From NCBI RefSeq assembly GCF_002105155.1, contig NW_019028988.1, forward strand, positions 434,001 to 498,000: a stretch of 64,000 nt of DNA, read 5' to 3'. Source of the DNA: Lobosporangium transversale. Lineage: Eukaryota. Within the stretch, counting starts at the first letter, position 1. Every line of letters starts with the position of its first letter. This document shows, piece by piece, positions 51,024 through 64,000 of the stretch. Under the pieces are notes generated by a model that was not told the DNA's origin, searched no databases, and saw only the letters and a list, made by a program, of their open reading frames with translations. The translations under genes were made by a program, and so were the position numbers.

Positions 51024-53087
51024 GGTAAAAGATGCGTGAACGATGGAATCTAAAGGGACAGGAAGGTGGAGGAAGATGAAAGAGAGGAAAGAGATGTAAA
51101 AAGGATAACGAAGAAGAAGGAAGAAGAGGAAAGATATGTAAAAGGGACAACGAGGAAAAGGAAAGAAAGAAAGTCGAAAAAGTGAAAAGTGAAAAGTGAA
51201 ACTGAAAAAAGAAAATTTAAAGAGTCAAACTGGACAAATTAGAGACAAAGTGGAGGTGTTCAGGGACAGAAGGAATGATCGGGGTTTGGATCTTAAGTGA
51301 TAAAGAGGACAATGTGGAGAGGAATAAAGAAAAGAAAAAAGAGAGATGAAGAGAAGTTTATATGAACAAAAAGAGAAAGGAAAGGGAAGGAAAGGAAAAG
51401 TAAAGAAGCTCTTTTGTGTATTTACCCTTTTTTTTTTTCCTTCGCATCAACCACTTAATTACTGAAGAGGTAGACCGGGGCATCGACATTGGTCATGGCA
51501 TCAGTACTGGCATTGACATTATCTCATACCGTACATACCAAAACAAACCAAACACCATGTGTTTGTCCCATGGCATATCTTGGGGAGACGCGAAAAATAC
51601 ATCGAGTTCTCCCAAGATCAAAGAATAGTCTTCCTTCATTACATAAAGTAATATTAAACCATACATTGCTGTAAAAGAATAATCTCTTCCTTGTGACAGT
51701 AATGGCAGTACTATGGCTCAGCTGAATGTGGGAAGAAACAGAAGGATGAACTGTAGTAACACAAGCGAAAACATGTTTTGTCATCCATTACATCAAGAGA
51801 AATACAAAGGATCCTTTTCCTCCATCGTAAAGAAGCACCCACTTTACTCCGAATAGAAGCATTTTATCTAGAATTATCTACTCCGCAATGTTCGTTCCAG
51901 GAAATAAAGCCCTTTTACCTTATGCATGGCTTCGGTAAGACACATCGATGAACGCAGTACGTAATAAAATGTATTAAAAGTGCAATGGCACCTGCAGGTG
52001 TAGAGTACGTGAATATGAAACTGTTATTGTATTGCGTTATTTGGATTGTTAATTTTTTTTGGGTTTTTTTAAATTTTTCTCACGGTGCATGTAAATATGC
52101 ATGAGTATGAAAAGGGTTGCCACCAAAATACGATTTACTCGACAAAAAAGAACCCTTGGCTGCTACTGACCATCAAAAAAAAAAAAAAAAAAAATCAGAA
52201 TCTATTCATTCTTTGGTGCCCATATGTAAACTCTTTGGGATGTTCAAGCTAAATAAAGGATGAGTAAAATGATAACTCCTTGTATGCACGGAATGATCAG
52301 AGGCAGTAATCTGATAATCTGATAATATTTGTAAGGTTATAAGTTTATAAGTTTATATTATATATTTGCTGAGGATAATAGCTTAAAGACAGTAGAACAT
52401 GTTCATTCTTATGGATAATTCGTTCCTTTAATACATCAGAGAAGGAATTCACCGCATCTTAAACGCGGTGTTGGCATTGCCATGAAAAAAAAAAAAAAGA
52501 AAAAAAAAATTGGTTTTAGACACTGTTACGAAAATAGGAAGTGATCTGCACAACCTAGTTCTACTCCACAAAGAGAAAATAGATTTTATAAGAGCAAAAA
52601 AAAAAAAAAAAGTACATGAATAACCATTTAGACACAGATATATTTCTCTATAAAGGAATATACTTTCACGTCTGCAGGCTGTTTGTCCTTCCACCTTGAC
52701 TAGAGAATGCATCTTGCCCATGAATGATCCCATCTTCCCATCAACTACCAAATCCAACGCACTGCCCATTCATATTCATTTCCTCCGAACAAATTAATCC
52801 ATTTCCGCCAGCTGGACAATTGGTACAAAAAGCGGGACAAAAGCGATTGCGCAATTAACCACGATCCATTGATTACTTGCACAAACTGAAGAGTTGGAGA
52901 AGGACAACTCGGAGGATTGAGACATAGAAACATGTATAATCGCGGTAGCAATAAAATATAATCTTTTCTAGGCTCCCTTGTCTTTCAGCATTGTTATGGT
53001 ATGGCTGGTATATGGCTGGGATTATTGTTGATTCTCCCGTCGCTTTTAGTTGGCCTTTGTTGCCTATCCTTCGTCTGGTTTTGTTTC

Positions 53088-53121
<34 letters not shown>

Positions 53122-53278
53122 CTTCAACCTTGCTTCTTCACCCCCTTTTTTTTGAAAAAATCTCCTGCTGAATCATTGCGATTCATTCTTATTCATAATC
53201 GCTTCATCTCCTTCGTTTTTGTTCTTTTCGTTCCTCATTCTTGTAAAAAGTAATACGTGTGTCATAAATAATTCCACA

Positions 53279-56200
53279 ATGGCACAGAATGCTGACCATG
53301 ACATGACCAGAGACCCATCTAATGTTCCACCCGTTGCTTCTCCAAGGCCTGGTGCTGTTGGAACTTTTGCAGCTACAACGTCAACTTCAGCCTCGGGCGG
53401 TGCTTACGACAATTCCTCTTCCATCACAAGTAATAGCAGTAATAACAAAGGCCCAGGTCATATAGCTGTGGGGCCTGGCTATCGTCCAGCTCTGAATGAC
53501 TGGAAATTCCCAATGTCATCTCGAGTCGCCACCCCAGCAGCCATTGAGCACTATCAAGATACTACTACTACAACAGCAGCTGTAGCAACAGTAACAACAG
53601 TAGCATCATCAACCACAGCAGCAACCCTGTCCCCAGCAATTGCTCAATTGCAACAGTTTCCGCACCAGCATCAACAACAATCTTATCCATATCCATCACA
53701 TCCACAACACCATCAACAACAGCCAGACTATTTCAACTATCCAATGCCCTCTTACTCTTTGACATCTCAACAAGAACTTCACCAACAGCTTCATTATCAA
53801 CAGCATCAACAGCCAATATCGTACTCGACCAGCAATGCTAGTCAATTTAGAGATGGGAGTCAGACACCAAAATCTCCGTATTCTTTTATTGGATCTTCGG
53901 ACGGTATATTTGCAGAGAATCAGTTTAGTCAGCAGTTAGATTCCTACAGTCAGCTGCAACAGCAACACACTCACCACAACCACAATCAGAGTCAAGACAG
54001 TGTTGGAGCAACGTCGATCGACCCACTACAAACACAACAGCAACATCAACAACAGCATCCAGGAACATCTCATCACCATCCACACCCATCTTATTTGTAC
54101 CAGCTGCAGCAACATGATGCTGCTCAGCCAGGGCACATCCCTATACCCGTTCCTGATCCAGAGCTGCCACAAGAGCAGACTCAAGGCCCTGTTGCTACGT
54201 TATCACCACATCAATTACAGACCCCATCCGAGTTCGCTCTAAAGATGTTATTCACACAGTTTGTCAAAATGGCCGAGGCGAAGCTCAATGCAATGGTGCA
54301 CTTACCCTTGGTAATGTCAACAAGTCTTTCAAAGGAAAAAAAAAAAAAAAAAAAAAAAAAAAAGCGAACATTAAATATGTGATCAGGATTTTTATTGATT
54401 AAGCTAAAGTCCATTTTTGTGCTCACGATCTTTTTTACGCGTCAATTTGTTTGGCTGTGCAATTCATACAAATAGCAAGATACAGAACCCGACATTCTAT
54501 CACCTCTAAAGCATGGAGTCGATCCTAAGTTCGACAAGCTACTAGAGTCTCTTGGCTCTATCGCTCAACATCGACCCAAACCCGTTATCGACTGTGTAAT
54601 GTTGTGGCGCAAAGGCAAGATCGAATCTTCAGATGACCCTTCGATCAAATCAACTTCGTATGTTGACTACACGAGTTTGAAGGTTTTCGACTCAAGTACT
54701 TTACGTTAAACGCGAACAACATGCATCTTTATCTGTAACACTTTTCATTCCTTAGCTGCTAATCAAAGTCCCTTGTATTAAATATGGCTTGTTCACTCTC
54801 TATTAGAGGAGAATGGTCTGTAAACTTTAAATTTAGAGATCCAAAGACGGTCATCAAGGAGCGAAAGTCTGTATGTAACCAAAATAAACAAAGGATGATC
54901 TTGGAGTTCAATTGTTGAATATAGTATATCAGTATTTTCACAACCGCAAGTACTGATGCACTTCAATAAATTGTAGGTTGTGTCGTTGTTCATCATGTCG
55001 CGTTCTTTGATTGAGATCGTGCGTCAGGTGCAAAAGGACTCCTTACCGGATGAACTCGGTTCACGCTTAGAAGAAACCATTTTTAGTCAACTGGAAAATG
55101 TGGATCCGTAAGTCCAAACAAAATACGATTCGTGATACCATGTATTGTATTCCAACCATATACTTCACGGCATCAGTCGTGAGCATAAAGAACCTATCTA
55201 ACTCAGTCGTTCATGAAATTAGTGAATTCATTCAGCGATCATCAAATAGGATGGCCAATATGAATGTCTTGGTGGAGCTCATGGGATCACTTTCAAATGT
55301 ACGATTTGCAACTGTGAGTGATCGATTTATTGCAGAACTCGAGAAATACAAAACTGGAGTACCCGTAAAAGACAAGGAACGGGAGCAACGCATGGAAATG
55401 TTGATTCGAGGAATGCGATATTTGAACCTGAAGGTACTTGTTTCATCTCTGATTTATTATCATTGTCGTACAGGAATAAATAGGCAAAGGGGCTTGGTGT
55501 AACGAGGACGAGGTTGTATCACAATCACACATTCGAGGTCCGGTAAACTCGTAGCCATTTTTTAACCCCCTTGTTTTTCATGCCTCAATATCTCTGTAGC
55601 TGTATCCTATGTCCTCCTTCGAAGAAACAGCAGATTTTTTGCAGAGCTGTGCAAGATTTTTCAAAATGGCTAGAGGCATTAGGATAAAGCACGCTTATGC
55701 AGAGCTTTTTGTCCAACTTTTGACGCCCATCGCAAAGGTTCGTGCATGAAAACATCACCTTGCACTCTGTCCTCAATTTATTTCATTGAACTAACTTGCA
55801 TAAGCGCCCATCCGCGTAATCTTTTTGTTCAATAATTAGGTGGCGCTAGCAGAAGTTAATCACCCAAACTGGTCCAAAACTGTAGAACTTATATACCCAA
55901 AGGCTCGCAAAATGACCAACAAACCAAGACATGTCCAAGTGGCCCTCCCTCTCGTCACCATATTACTCTGTGTTAGTAAGAAGGACTTTTTCATCAAGCA
56001 CTGGCTCTCCGTATTTGAATCCTGTCGTGAGAAATTCAAAGATAAGGCAATGCGACAGATAGCTCTCAATTGCGCCTCTCAACTGCTCTGGGTGTATTTG
56101 TATCGCTGTTCGGATGCAACAGGAGGCACATTTAGGACATTGGACACGATAGTTAGAGCGCTGTTCCCCCCTAATCGAAAGTCGTCTGGTATGGTGGAGG

Positions 56201-58877
56201 GCACCTTGGGCCATTTTGTCCGGATCGTTCACTATATAGGATCACGCCACGCTGATTATGCCACACGGTCAATTATATTTTTGTTACTAAACCTGGAAAA
56301 TTTGTCAAATGTCATCTTTACAAATTTGACGATGGATATGATCTCACCAGAGCGGATGACGATTGCTGTGAGGTCTTTTATGCTTATTTTGGCAGATCTG
56401 GATAAAGGAGGGAGTAGTCATTCACCGCCGTTCCCGACAGCCAATGATGCTGTCAATGTGATTTCAGATTCACCCACGTCATCTGATCTGATGGAGCCTG
56501 GTGTTATCAATCGTGCGGGCATGAGGGATACGTATGATCAAATGACAGCTGTCCTCGGAAAGATTGCTATTGTTTGCGACCGCAACTATGGCCATACCTT
56601 AATTTTGGACGAAAAGTATACAACAGCACGGAGCATGTTTTCTGCAGCGGCCCTTAAGGCAACGGCTACAGGCGATGGCGCTGCCTCCATTGTCCATCAG
56701 TATTCTACATTAGCAGTATCATTCTCGAAAGAGAAGCAGGTTTATTTTGATTTAATGGCCGCTTGGGTATCGTGTCTCCCACGCTGTATGCCTTCGGGAA
56801 TTCCTCTTGTGAAATTGGTTGAAATGCTTTCGAGATATACTGCCCATGTGGATCCTGAGCTTCGGAAAGCATCGGCCGCTGCTCTGGTTCGTATTGCAAA
56901 ACAATGTAACTCCCAGGTGGTCGTAGCTGGATATTCAGAGTTTGTTTGCACGGTTGAGGATCGCCTCTCGGAACTATTGGCTGGACTTAGTTTACCAGGC
57001 TCTAATACTCCAGTAGAGACTGGATTGCTGGGAATCTACATTCAGATCCTGGAGGCATGGATTCAAGACACGACTAATAGGAAGCGTAAAGAGCAAGAGG
57101 AGCAACAACAGCAAGAGCAGCAGCAAGGCCAAGATACTGTCTCTCCAGGAGCTCTAGCTAGTCCTACAACATCAACAGAAGGATCACGATCATTCCCTTC
57201 CCATGTACCTGAAGTGAGCTTAGCAGCACAGTTACAGACAACTGAGGAGAATGGACTACTGTTCCTCTGCAACCAATCACCTGTAATTCGACAGTACGCC
57301 ATCTCCATCCTAAAGATAGCAGCTTTCTTTGACCGAGCAGAAGCTCAGAATCTTGCTCCTAGCGGCGAACTCAAGGAGGCTGTCATGCCAGCAAGTGTTT
57401 CTGTGCGACCACGGATAGAAGTAACTAGGATATATCATTTGCTCCAGAATGCTGTCCAGGAATTACTTCAGGTTGACGAATACGGCAATGCTCTCAAGGA
57501 TTGCCCACTGGCGCTCTTTGAATTAATCCGCCTGCAAATCCATCATCAAAAAGGCTCCAGCGAAGTGTTTTCATTGCTAGCAGCGAGTGAACACGTGGTG
57601 GATATTGGTATCTGGCGCTTTTGTTTTCCACTTTTGATCGCTAAGATATTCCAACACTTCCCCAGTCTTTGTGAGCCTTGTCTCGACATGGTGAGCAAGC
57701 GTTTAATGCAACTTTACCCAGCTATCGTCACGACGACGGATCTTGCTCTCAACAGCACGTTAGCATCCAAATTTTCAATCAAGACTACACAGGTGGCTAC
57801 GGATGAGATGGTGGAGCAGTGGCGGACGTATCTCATCTATGTTTGCTCTACCATGGTCCGACATGAGCACCCATCGCCAGTCGCTCCTGGACATGGGCGC
57901 AAGAAATCTGCACCAACGGAGAAAATCACATGTGCGCGAGATCTCTTCAGGCTAACTCTCCCACTATTAAGCAGCGATCGCCATTCGATCCGAGAATCAG
58001 TCGTGGCTTCACTGGGAAGGATCAATGTAAATCTATACAAAGCGCTCTTAGAAGACATTCAACCACTGCTTCATTCTGTCCATGATGAATTTCGGTCCAA
58101 GAGTGGAGGGAGCAGCATCAAACCGCCTTATCAGGGCAAACGCAACAAGAAAGTGGACCGACTACGGGCAGAGATTGCTCATATTCTGGATCTTACTGCG
58201 CCACTGTTGAGGAAGCCCGCCTTGGTCCATGACGAACATGTTACAACAATTTTGAAAGGCTATGTTCGGGAAACATTGCTCTTCCTCCTGGATACAGAAG
58301 TAAAGCACGAATGGGAGTTTGTGAAGCTTCGAACACACTTTTGTGGATTTATCTGTCATCTGTACAATGGAATTTCCCTGGGCGGCAACACAGAGGCCAT
58401 TATCACTTTTGACTGGAGGCTGGCACTATTTAAGCTATTTGAGGAGTGGAGTGGCCATGGTGGGCATCATTTGAGTCGTGAAGATCATAGCCAGCAACAT
58501 CATAGTCAACAAGTTCAACATCAACATCCGCCATCGTCACAACAGCAGCAGCAATATCAACAAACTCATCATCACTACAACCCAAAGTCGTTTTGGTTTA
58601 ATTTGGATCTCAACAATGAAACGCAGATGGCAGAAAAATCTCAGATGGAACTAGCTGCACTTCGAGCCATGGCGTCACTCTGCCAAGGACCCATTAATCC
58701 GCCGGCAGGGGCCCAAAAGCCCGGTAGACAGGCCTTCTTCAACATTGAGGAGATATTTGGATGGATCGAGAGCGTCTACCGCAGCCCGGAGGATCGCTTA
58801 CAAGCAATTGCACAGTAAGTGTTAAAGTTTGTCCTAAGTTGGCTCAACGATATTGATAATATGGCCTGACTTTCTAC

Positions 58878-58910
<33 letters not shown>

Positions 58911-61900
58911 TTCCTGGTCATTTACAGAAACGCGCTCGAAGCTTTACTGATTCACAACCAGGACAGAAGTGAACTATTGGAAGATGCTCTTCACCAGTGC
59001 TATGCTGGAGATATGTCACAAAAATTTATTCAAGGGCATTTCACAGCACTGGCCGACATTGTTCTCAGGATTGAATCTTATCCATGCCAGATTAACCAGA
59101 TGCTCTGCCTTGCGCTGTTCAAGTGTGGTGACTCCAATATCCAAATACGTACTTTGGCTATCAAACTTTTAAAAGTCATAGAAGCCCGCTACTTCCCGGA
59201 GACCTGTGCGGGTGAATATGAGATTGGGATTGTCAACAAATTGCCAACTATCTATCGTCAGGCTCAATATGTGTTATCAGCGCGGCTGGCTCAGGATCGA
59301 CCAGAACAAACATACCTGTTGTTGTCGGAAGCTATGATGCGGTTTGATTTGGTCCAACCACTCTGGCGCGGCGAAATGCTCTACTATATTGCACCATGGC
59401 TCGGCAATGTAGAATTAGTAGTGGATGGAGAAGAAGAGCTGAGCATGACATCATTTGTGATCCTAACAAACTTGTTTTACCTGACTGTCAAATATGGAGA
59501 CGACCATGTCAAAGAAATAGAGAATTTGTGGGTCCAGTTGGTGGCAGGAGATAACTTCGCCAACATTCGGCCTATTATCGTTTTTTTACTTGATTTGGGT
59601 CTTGAGAAAAGGAATCCCGAGTTTGTACACCCAGCCAAGAAGGTGATTGTATTCCTTGGACGAACCTCGGCTTGTTCTCGAATGGTTGATATTCTGATAA
59701 GCGAAATTTCGCCCAAGGCTATGGTGCCCAAGTTGAAGCAAGATCGCAGCCAAGCTCAGCCGCCACTTGTATCATCAGAGTTTTATCTGGCTAATCTGGA
59801 CAGTTTGATGAACGGAATGGAGAAGAGACCGGCATTTTCGCGAGGCCAGCTTGCTACGGTGCTATTGGTAGATCTCGCGGTAGAAGCAGGAGCAGAGCTA
59901 AGACGTCATCTACCATTGTTACTGCAGGCGCTCTTTGTCCAGCTAGATCATTATACAGCTTTAATTTGCGATCAGACTCGATCTCTCCTTGTGCATTTGA
60001 TCCATTCCATCATTATCCGAGAGTCTCGGAGCCTGGAGATCATTGATCAATCGACTGAACTAGTTGAATTTTTGAACACAAAGGAAGGAAAGTCTTTATG
60101 GGCATATGACGACATCATCTCACTCAACAACACTCGTGAATCACTTGAGCTCGAGAGTTTAGTCTACCGATCTGTTCAAGTTTTCCAGGCGTCTGAAGTC
60201 GAGATCCGTCAACAATGGGGAGAGACAGCACTTCAGTGGGCCACTGCCTGCCCTGTACGTCATATCGCTTGCAGATCCTTTCAGATCTTCCGGGCCTTGG
60301 CGCCAAGTTTTAACCAGCATATGCTCGCAGATATGTTAGCTCGATTGTCAAACACAATTGGAGACAAGAGTCAAGAGATTCAGGCTTTTGCGATGGAGAT
60401 ATTGATCTCATTGCAATCGATCATTGAATCATTCGATACTGCGAGAATGATGCAGTTCCCGCAGGTATTTTGGGCTTCGATCGCCTGCTTGTACACGGGA
60501 CATGACCAAGAATACCTGGAAGGGCTTAAGATTCTGGATATTGTCACTACGCGACTGGATCTAATGGACCCGCAGACGCTAGAGTTTTTACTATCGTATT
60601 TCCCAGAACATTGGGACAGTGCATTCATGGGGATCCAACCACTCCTGTTGAAGGGACTTCGGTCGACATTGACGGAGCAAATCTCGCTGCGGCTATTAAG
60701 GCGGTTGATGTTTGTAGGCGAGAATGCATTAATCGACCCATCATACCACAGATCTGTATTCCTATTTCTTGGGATTCTGCCCAAGTTAGCAGAGGGATTA
60801 GAAACCAAAGATGTGAACGAGGATTGTCTCCAGTGGGCCAGAGACGTTGGAGCGATGGCAGAGAGAGATGGGTACCACAATATTTCACGTTTATTAGTGG
60901 TGTATTCTAAGCAAAGATTCCGGACCAAAGAAGACTTTTGGCGACAGATAGCAGTATTGATGCAAAATTTATTCATCCCCGAGTTGCAAGCCGAAATGAT
61001 CTTGTTTTTCATGCGACTGCTCTATAATAGCCATCCAATGTACAAGCACAAGGCACTGAAATGTCTCAAGATGCTCTTACCATTAGTCGAGACTAAGCGA
61101 ACCGAGTTTTTGGAAATTGGTCCCGAGTTGGTGATGCCACTCCTCCGATTGCTCCTTCAGACAGATTATGCGACCGAAGCACTCGAGGTTTTGGATGCAG
61201 TCATGAATTTGACAGAGCAATCTACAGAAATGTTCAAGATCCGAGTACCTTTAGATGTGCAGAGTCCAGGACCAGCACTAAATTTTGAAGATATGACCAA
61301 GGGTGTTCTAGGTGGAGGCACCGGACTGGAAAGACGATCAGCCATGATGTCCGCAGACCCTTATTACTGGTCCACATCCGCTACATTGTCTGCAGAGGAT
61401 GCTACTTCACGTAGAGAAAACTTTTGGCAGATGACTCGGGCGAATGTGAACGCTGTGGTGCTGACATGCACAGGCACCGGATACTGGGGAACGGATGTAG
61501 AGCTGCTGGCGGAGCATGAGATGATGAATTATGGCCTTCCCATGGGTATAGCCGGAGGATATCCTGGATACGGTCATCAGGCATTGAATTTTGTGGATTT
61601 GGATGGCATGCACATTGGAACGGACGGACCAGCTGGTATTTATGGCCTTGATCGTGGCCAAGTTCAGTATGGCCATCTAGTATCTGCATTGGATGACTTG
61701 ACAGAGCACTTTGCAGCGAGCGCTCGTATAGGTGACGCACGGAAGCGAGAGAGTGTCTATGTGGTTGCTGCTGCCGCCGCCGCTGCTGCTGCTGGAGATC
61801 CGTCACTGCAAAATCATTGGAACTATCGACATAGCTTGCTAATCTCAGACCCCAATACCTTAAACTTGGACGGCACTACAGTAATGGCTAGCAGCATTAA

Positions 61901-63512
61901 TCCTTCTACTCCTGTTGGCTCTTCTACAAAGCCAGCTGGTGATGGATTAGGGTTGATTACTGGTGAAGGAGGGGGAACAAGCGGAGGTGGGGTCGGAGGA
62001 GGTATAGTCACAAGTGGTGCCTATGGACGTAGTCATCAACGGCATTCCCGTCATAGTAGCAGAGCGAGCAGAGATGACTTTGGTGGATTTTATTTACCGC
62101 CTCATGAACGAATTGCAGAAGATGATGAGGAAGAGTCTTCAGCATTGATGGCTGTCGAAATCCTAAATAAGAGTCTATCAATCAATCGGTCGTATTCTTC
62201 AATCCGATCGTCGTTCCTGATGGAGCCCTCATCCTTCAATAGTAGCAACAATAGTAGTAACGAGGGCGCCGGCGCTAGTATTGGTACTGGCGCTAATATT
62301 AGTAATGGAGACAATGCGGCAGAGGACAGTATAGGAACAATGAGTGCGATTAGCACTAACATTGATACCCATGCTAGAGAGGAGATCGATACTAGGCGTA
62401 CATCACCAACGTCTCATAAGGACGAGGCTGCGAAGGCACTTGCAACCACAACCACGACTATGGCCGTGAAGACAACCGCAAACACTGCAGTGCCAACTGC
62501 AGCCGGTGGGGAGCCAACAACAGGGGCAGGCATCAATGTCACAAGAGGCCCAAATGGCCGAATGAGATTATACGCACCGGGCTTTGGTCATCGCACTCAC
62601 CGATCCTCATCAGGTTCTGGTTCTGGATCTGGTTTAGGATCTGGTGGAGCAAGTGTAGCAATGACTTACCACAACGATGGTATTATTAACGGTGATGATG
62701 GTAATATAACCATGAATCTTATGTCGACAATGACGACAGCAACAAAGCCGCCTAGTTCAAGTGGCCAGCGACGTCGTGCTGGTAGCAGCAATGCAGGAAG
62801 TAATTCAAGTTCAGTGTCAGCATTTATAGCCAGTGGTATGAGTGCCAGTAGCAGTGGCACTGGTACTGGAAATTTTATTATCCGTGGACATCGTGCTCGT
62901 ACCAGCTTTGACGATTTATCACTATCGTCATCAGATGATGATGACGATGATGATGAGGACTCGACTGATAGTGATGATGAGGATTATGATGGACGATTGT
63001 CGCAGCACACTATCAATCGATATGAATCCAGGCGGACGCGCGAGGATAGCTTTGCAAGCCATCGTACTGGCAGCAGTAGAACCACTAGCATTACAGGCAT
63101 TACTGAAACCGAAGGTACAGCTCTAACCATGATGTCGGCAGCGACGCGTGTCAGTATGGATAGCTCGGTCAGCCAACAATCTGGATCCATGCCGCTACAG
63201 ACTGGAGGGAGCGTCGAAGCAATAGGGGCAACGATGGCGATGATAGACGGAAGTGGTCGCCTGCCTACGTCACATTCAGGTTCACATGCAGGATCTCGTC
63301 CTGAGTCCAGAGCGGGTTCTCATTCAGGATCTCGGTCTAGGCCGGGATCAACATCATCCATATCTGGGATAAATTCGAATATAAACATGGATATGCACTC
63401 GAGCACGAACATGAATCCAACTACAACAAATTCAGCGACAACACGGGTGATAGATAGAATGACATCGCGGTTTGTGGGAGTGACAGGGAATGAAGGGTTC
63501 TCACAAAAATGA
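53279..63512 (+). CDS. TAO3: RAM/MOR network scaffold TAO3/Mor2/Furry (multi-exon, ~3000 aa)
   Basis: PSEFALKMLFTQFVKMAEAKL, GVDPKFDKLLESLG, EVNHPNW, WGETALQWATACPVRHIACRSFQIFRAL. Confidence 0.93.
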
Positions 63513-63934
63513 AGTTAGCCAATAAGACATACAAGTAGAAATGTGAAATAAATCAATCATCAAGGCTGTGATTGGGCGTAGCTCTCTTCTCCACTGAAAT
63601 AGATGGTCAGTGTATGGATTGTGTCGTTATGCAAAGAGAGACAAGACAGACAAAAAGGGGTGTGAGAATGACCCTCCATTACTTCAACTTGTGTTGACTC
63701 TTAATCCGTTGATTCCTTGTTCATTCCTTTTCATTTCATTGTCAACCTCAATTGTTCATTCCCACTTTCACACACAACAAAAATCATACAATCATATTTC
63801 TTGAGGATACCACAACTGCTGTGTGCCCCACAGACACATGAAAAATAAAACCCAGACTCTGTCTTCACCACCTGACTACAATCCATATCATCCAGTTTCT
63901 ACTCATAATCAAAACACTGAACCAGCCGCGCAAT

Positions 63935-64000
63935 ATGGAGACCATCTATGGCATCCAGGTAAAAAAAAAAAAAAAAAAAAAAAATCATATTTTAGCTTTT
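63935..64000 (+). CDS. Possible first exon (METIYGIQ|GT) of a gene continuing beyond the window; resembles proteasome beta-4 (PRE1/PSMB2) N-terminus
   Basis: ATG, 8 codons, then CAG|GTAAAA followed by a poly-A tract typical of introns in this window. Only 8 residues are visible. Confidence 0.3.
   Translation, partial: METIYGIQVKKKKKKKNHILAF

Noticed and set aside
51943..51965. CATCGATGAACGCAG resembling the 5.8S rRNA motif CATCGATGAAGAACGCAG
   Set aside because: Needs a 3-nt deletion, and the flanks do not continue as 5.8S or ITS; too short to call.

Overview
Eukaryotic, intron-rich, gene-dense fungal DNA. Gene content and intron style suggest an early-diverging fungus, probably Mortierellaceae-like (inference). 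About 19 spliced protein genes can be reconstructed: a CtIP/Sae2/Ctp1 homologue (runs off the left edge), a 4-TM protein, YTH1/CPSF30, a POS5-like NAD(H) kinase, SNF8, an apparently catalytically dead DEAD-box-like protein, a CAS1-family O-acetyltransferase (not CRISPR), LOA1/VPS66, a focadhesin/RST1-like protein, MTFP1/MTP18, a secreted 5'-nucleotidase-type phosphoesterase, a TTP/Cth2-like CCCH protein, KU70, BolA, PDCD5, STN1, VPS27, IDO/BNA2 and TAO3/Furry. Accessory DNA includes a retro-insertion footprint plus two inverted-repeat elements packed into ~430 bp upstream of CtIP, a decayed DUF6589-type relic, and a second possible decayed ORF. The most notable observations are: (1) a full-length DEAD-box-fold gene with every catalytic motif eroded but an intact spliced frame; (2) pervasive T(n)A(n) homopolymer palindromes, several sitting directly against AAG 3' splice acceptors; (3) two GC-AG introns. 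No rRNA, tRNA or CRISPR array is supportable. Exon boundaries were read by eye and family calls come from remembered motifs, not database searches.
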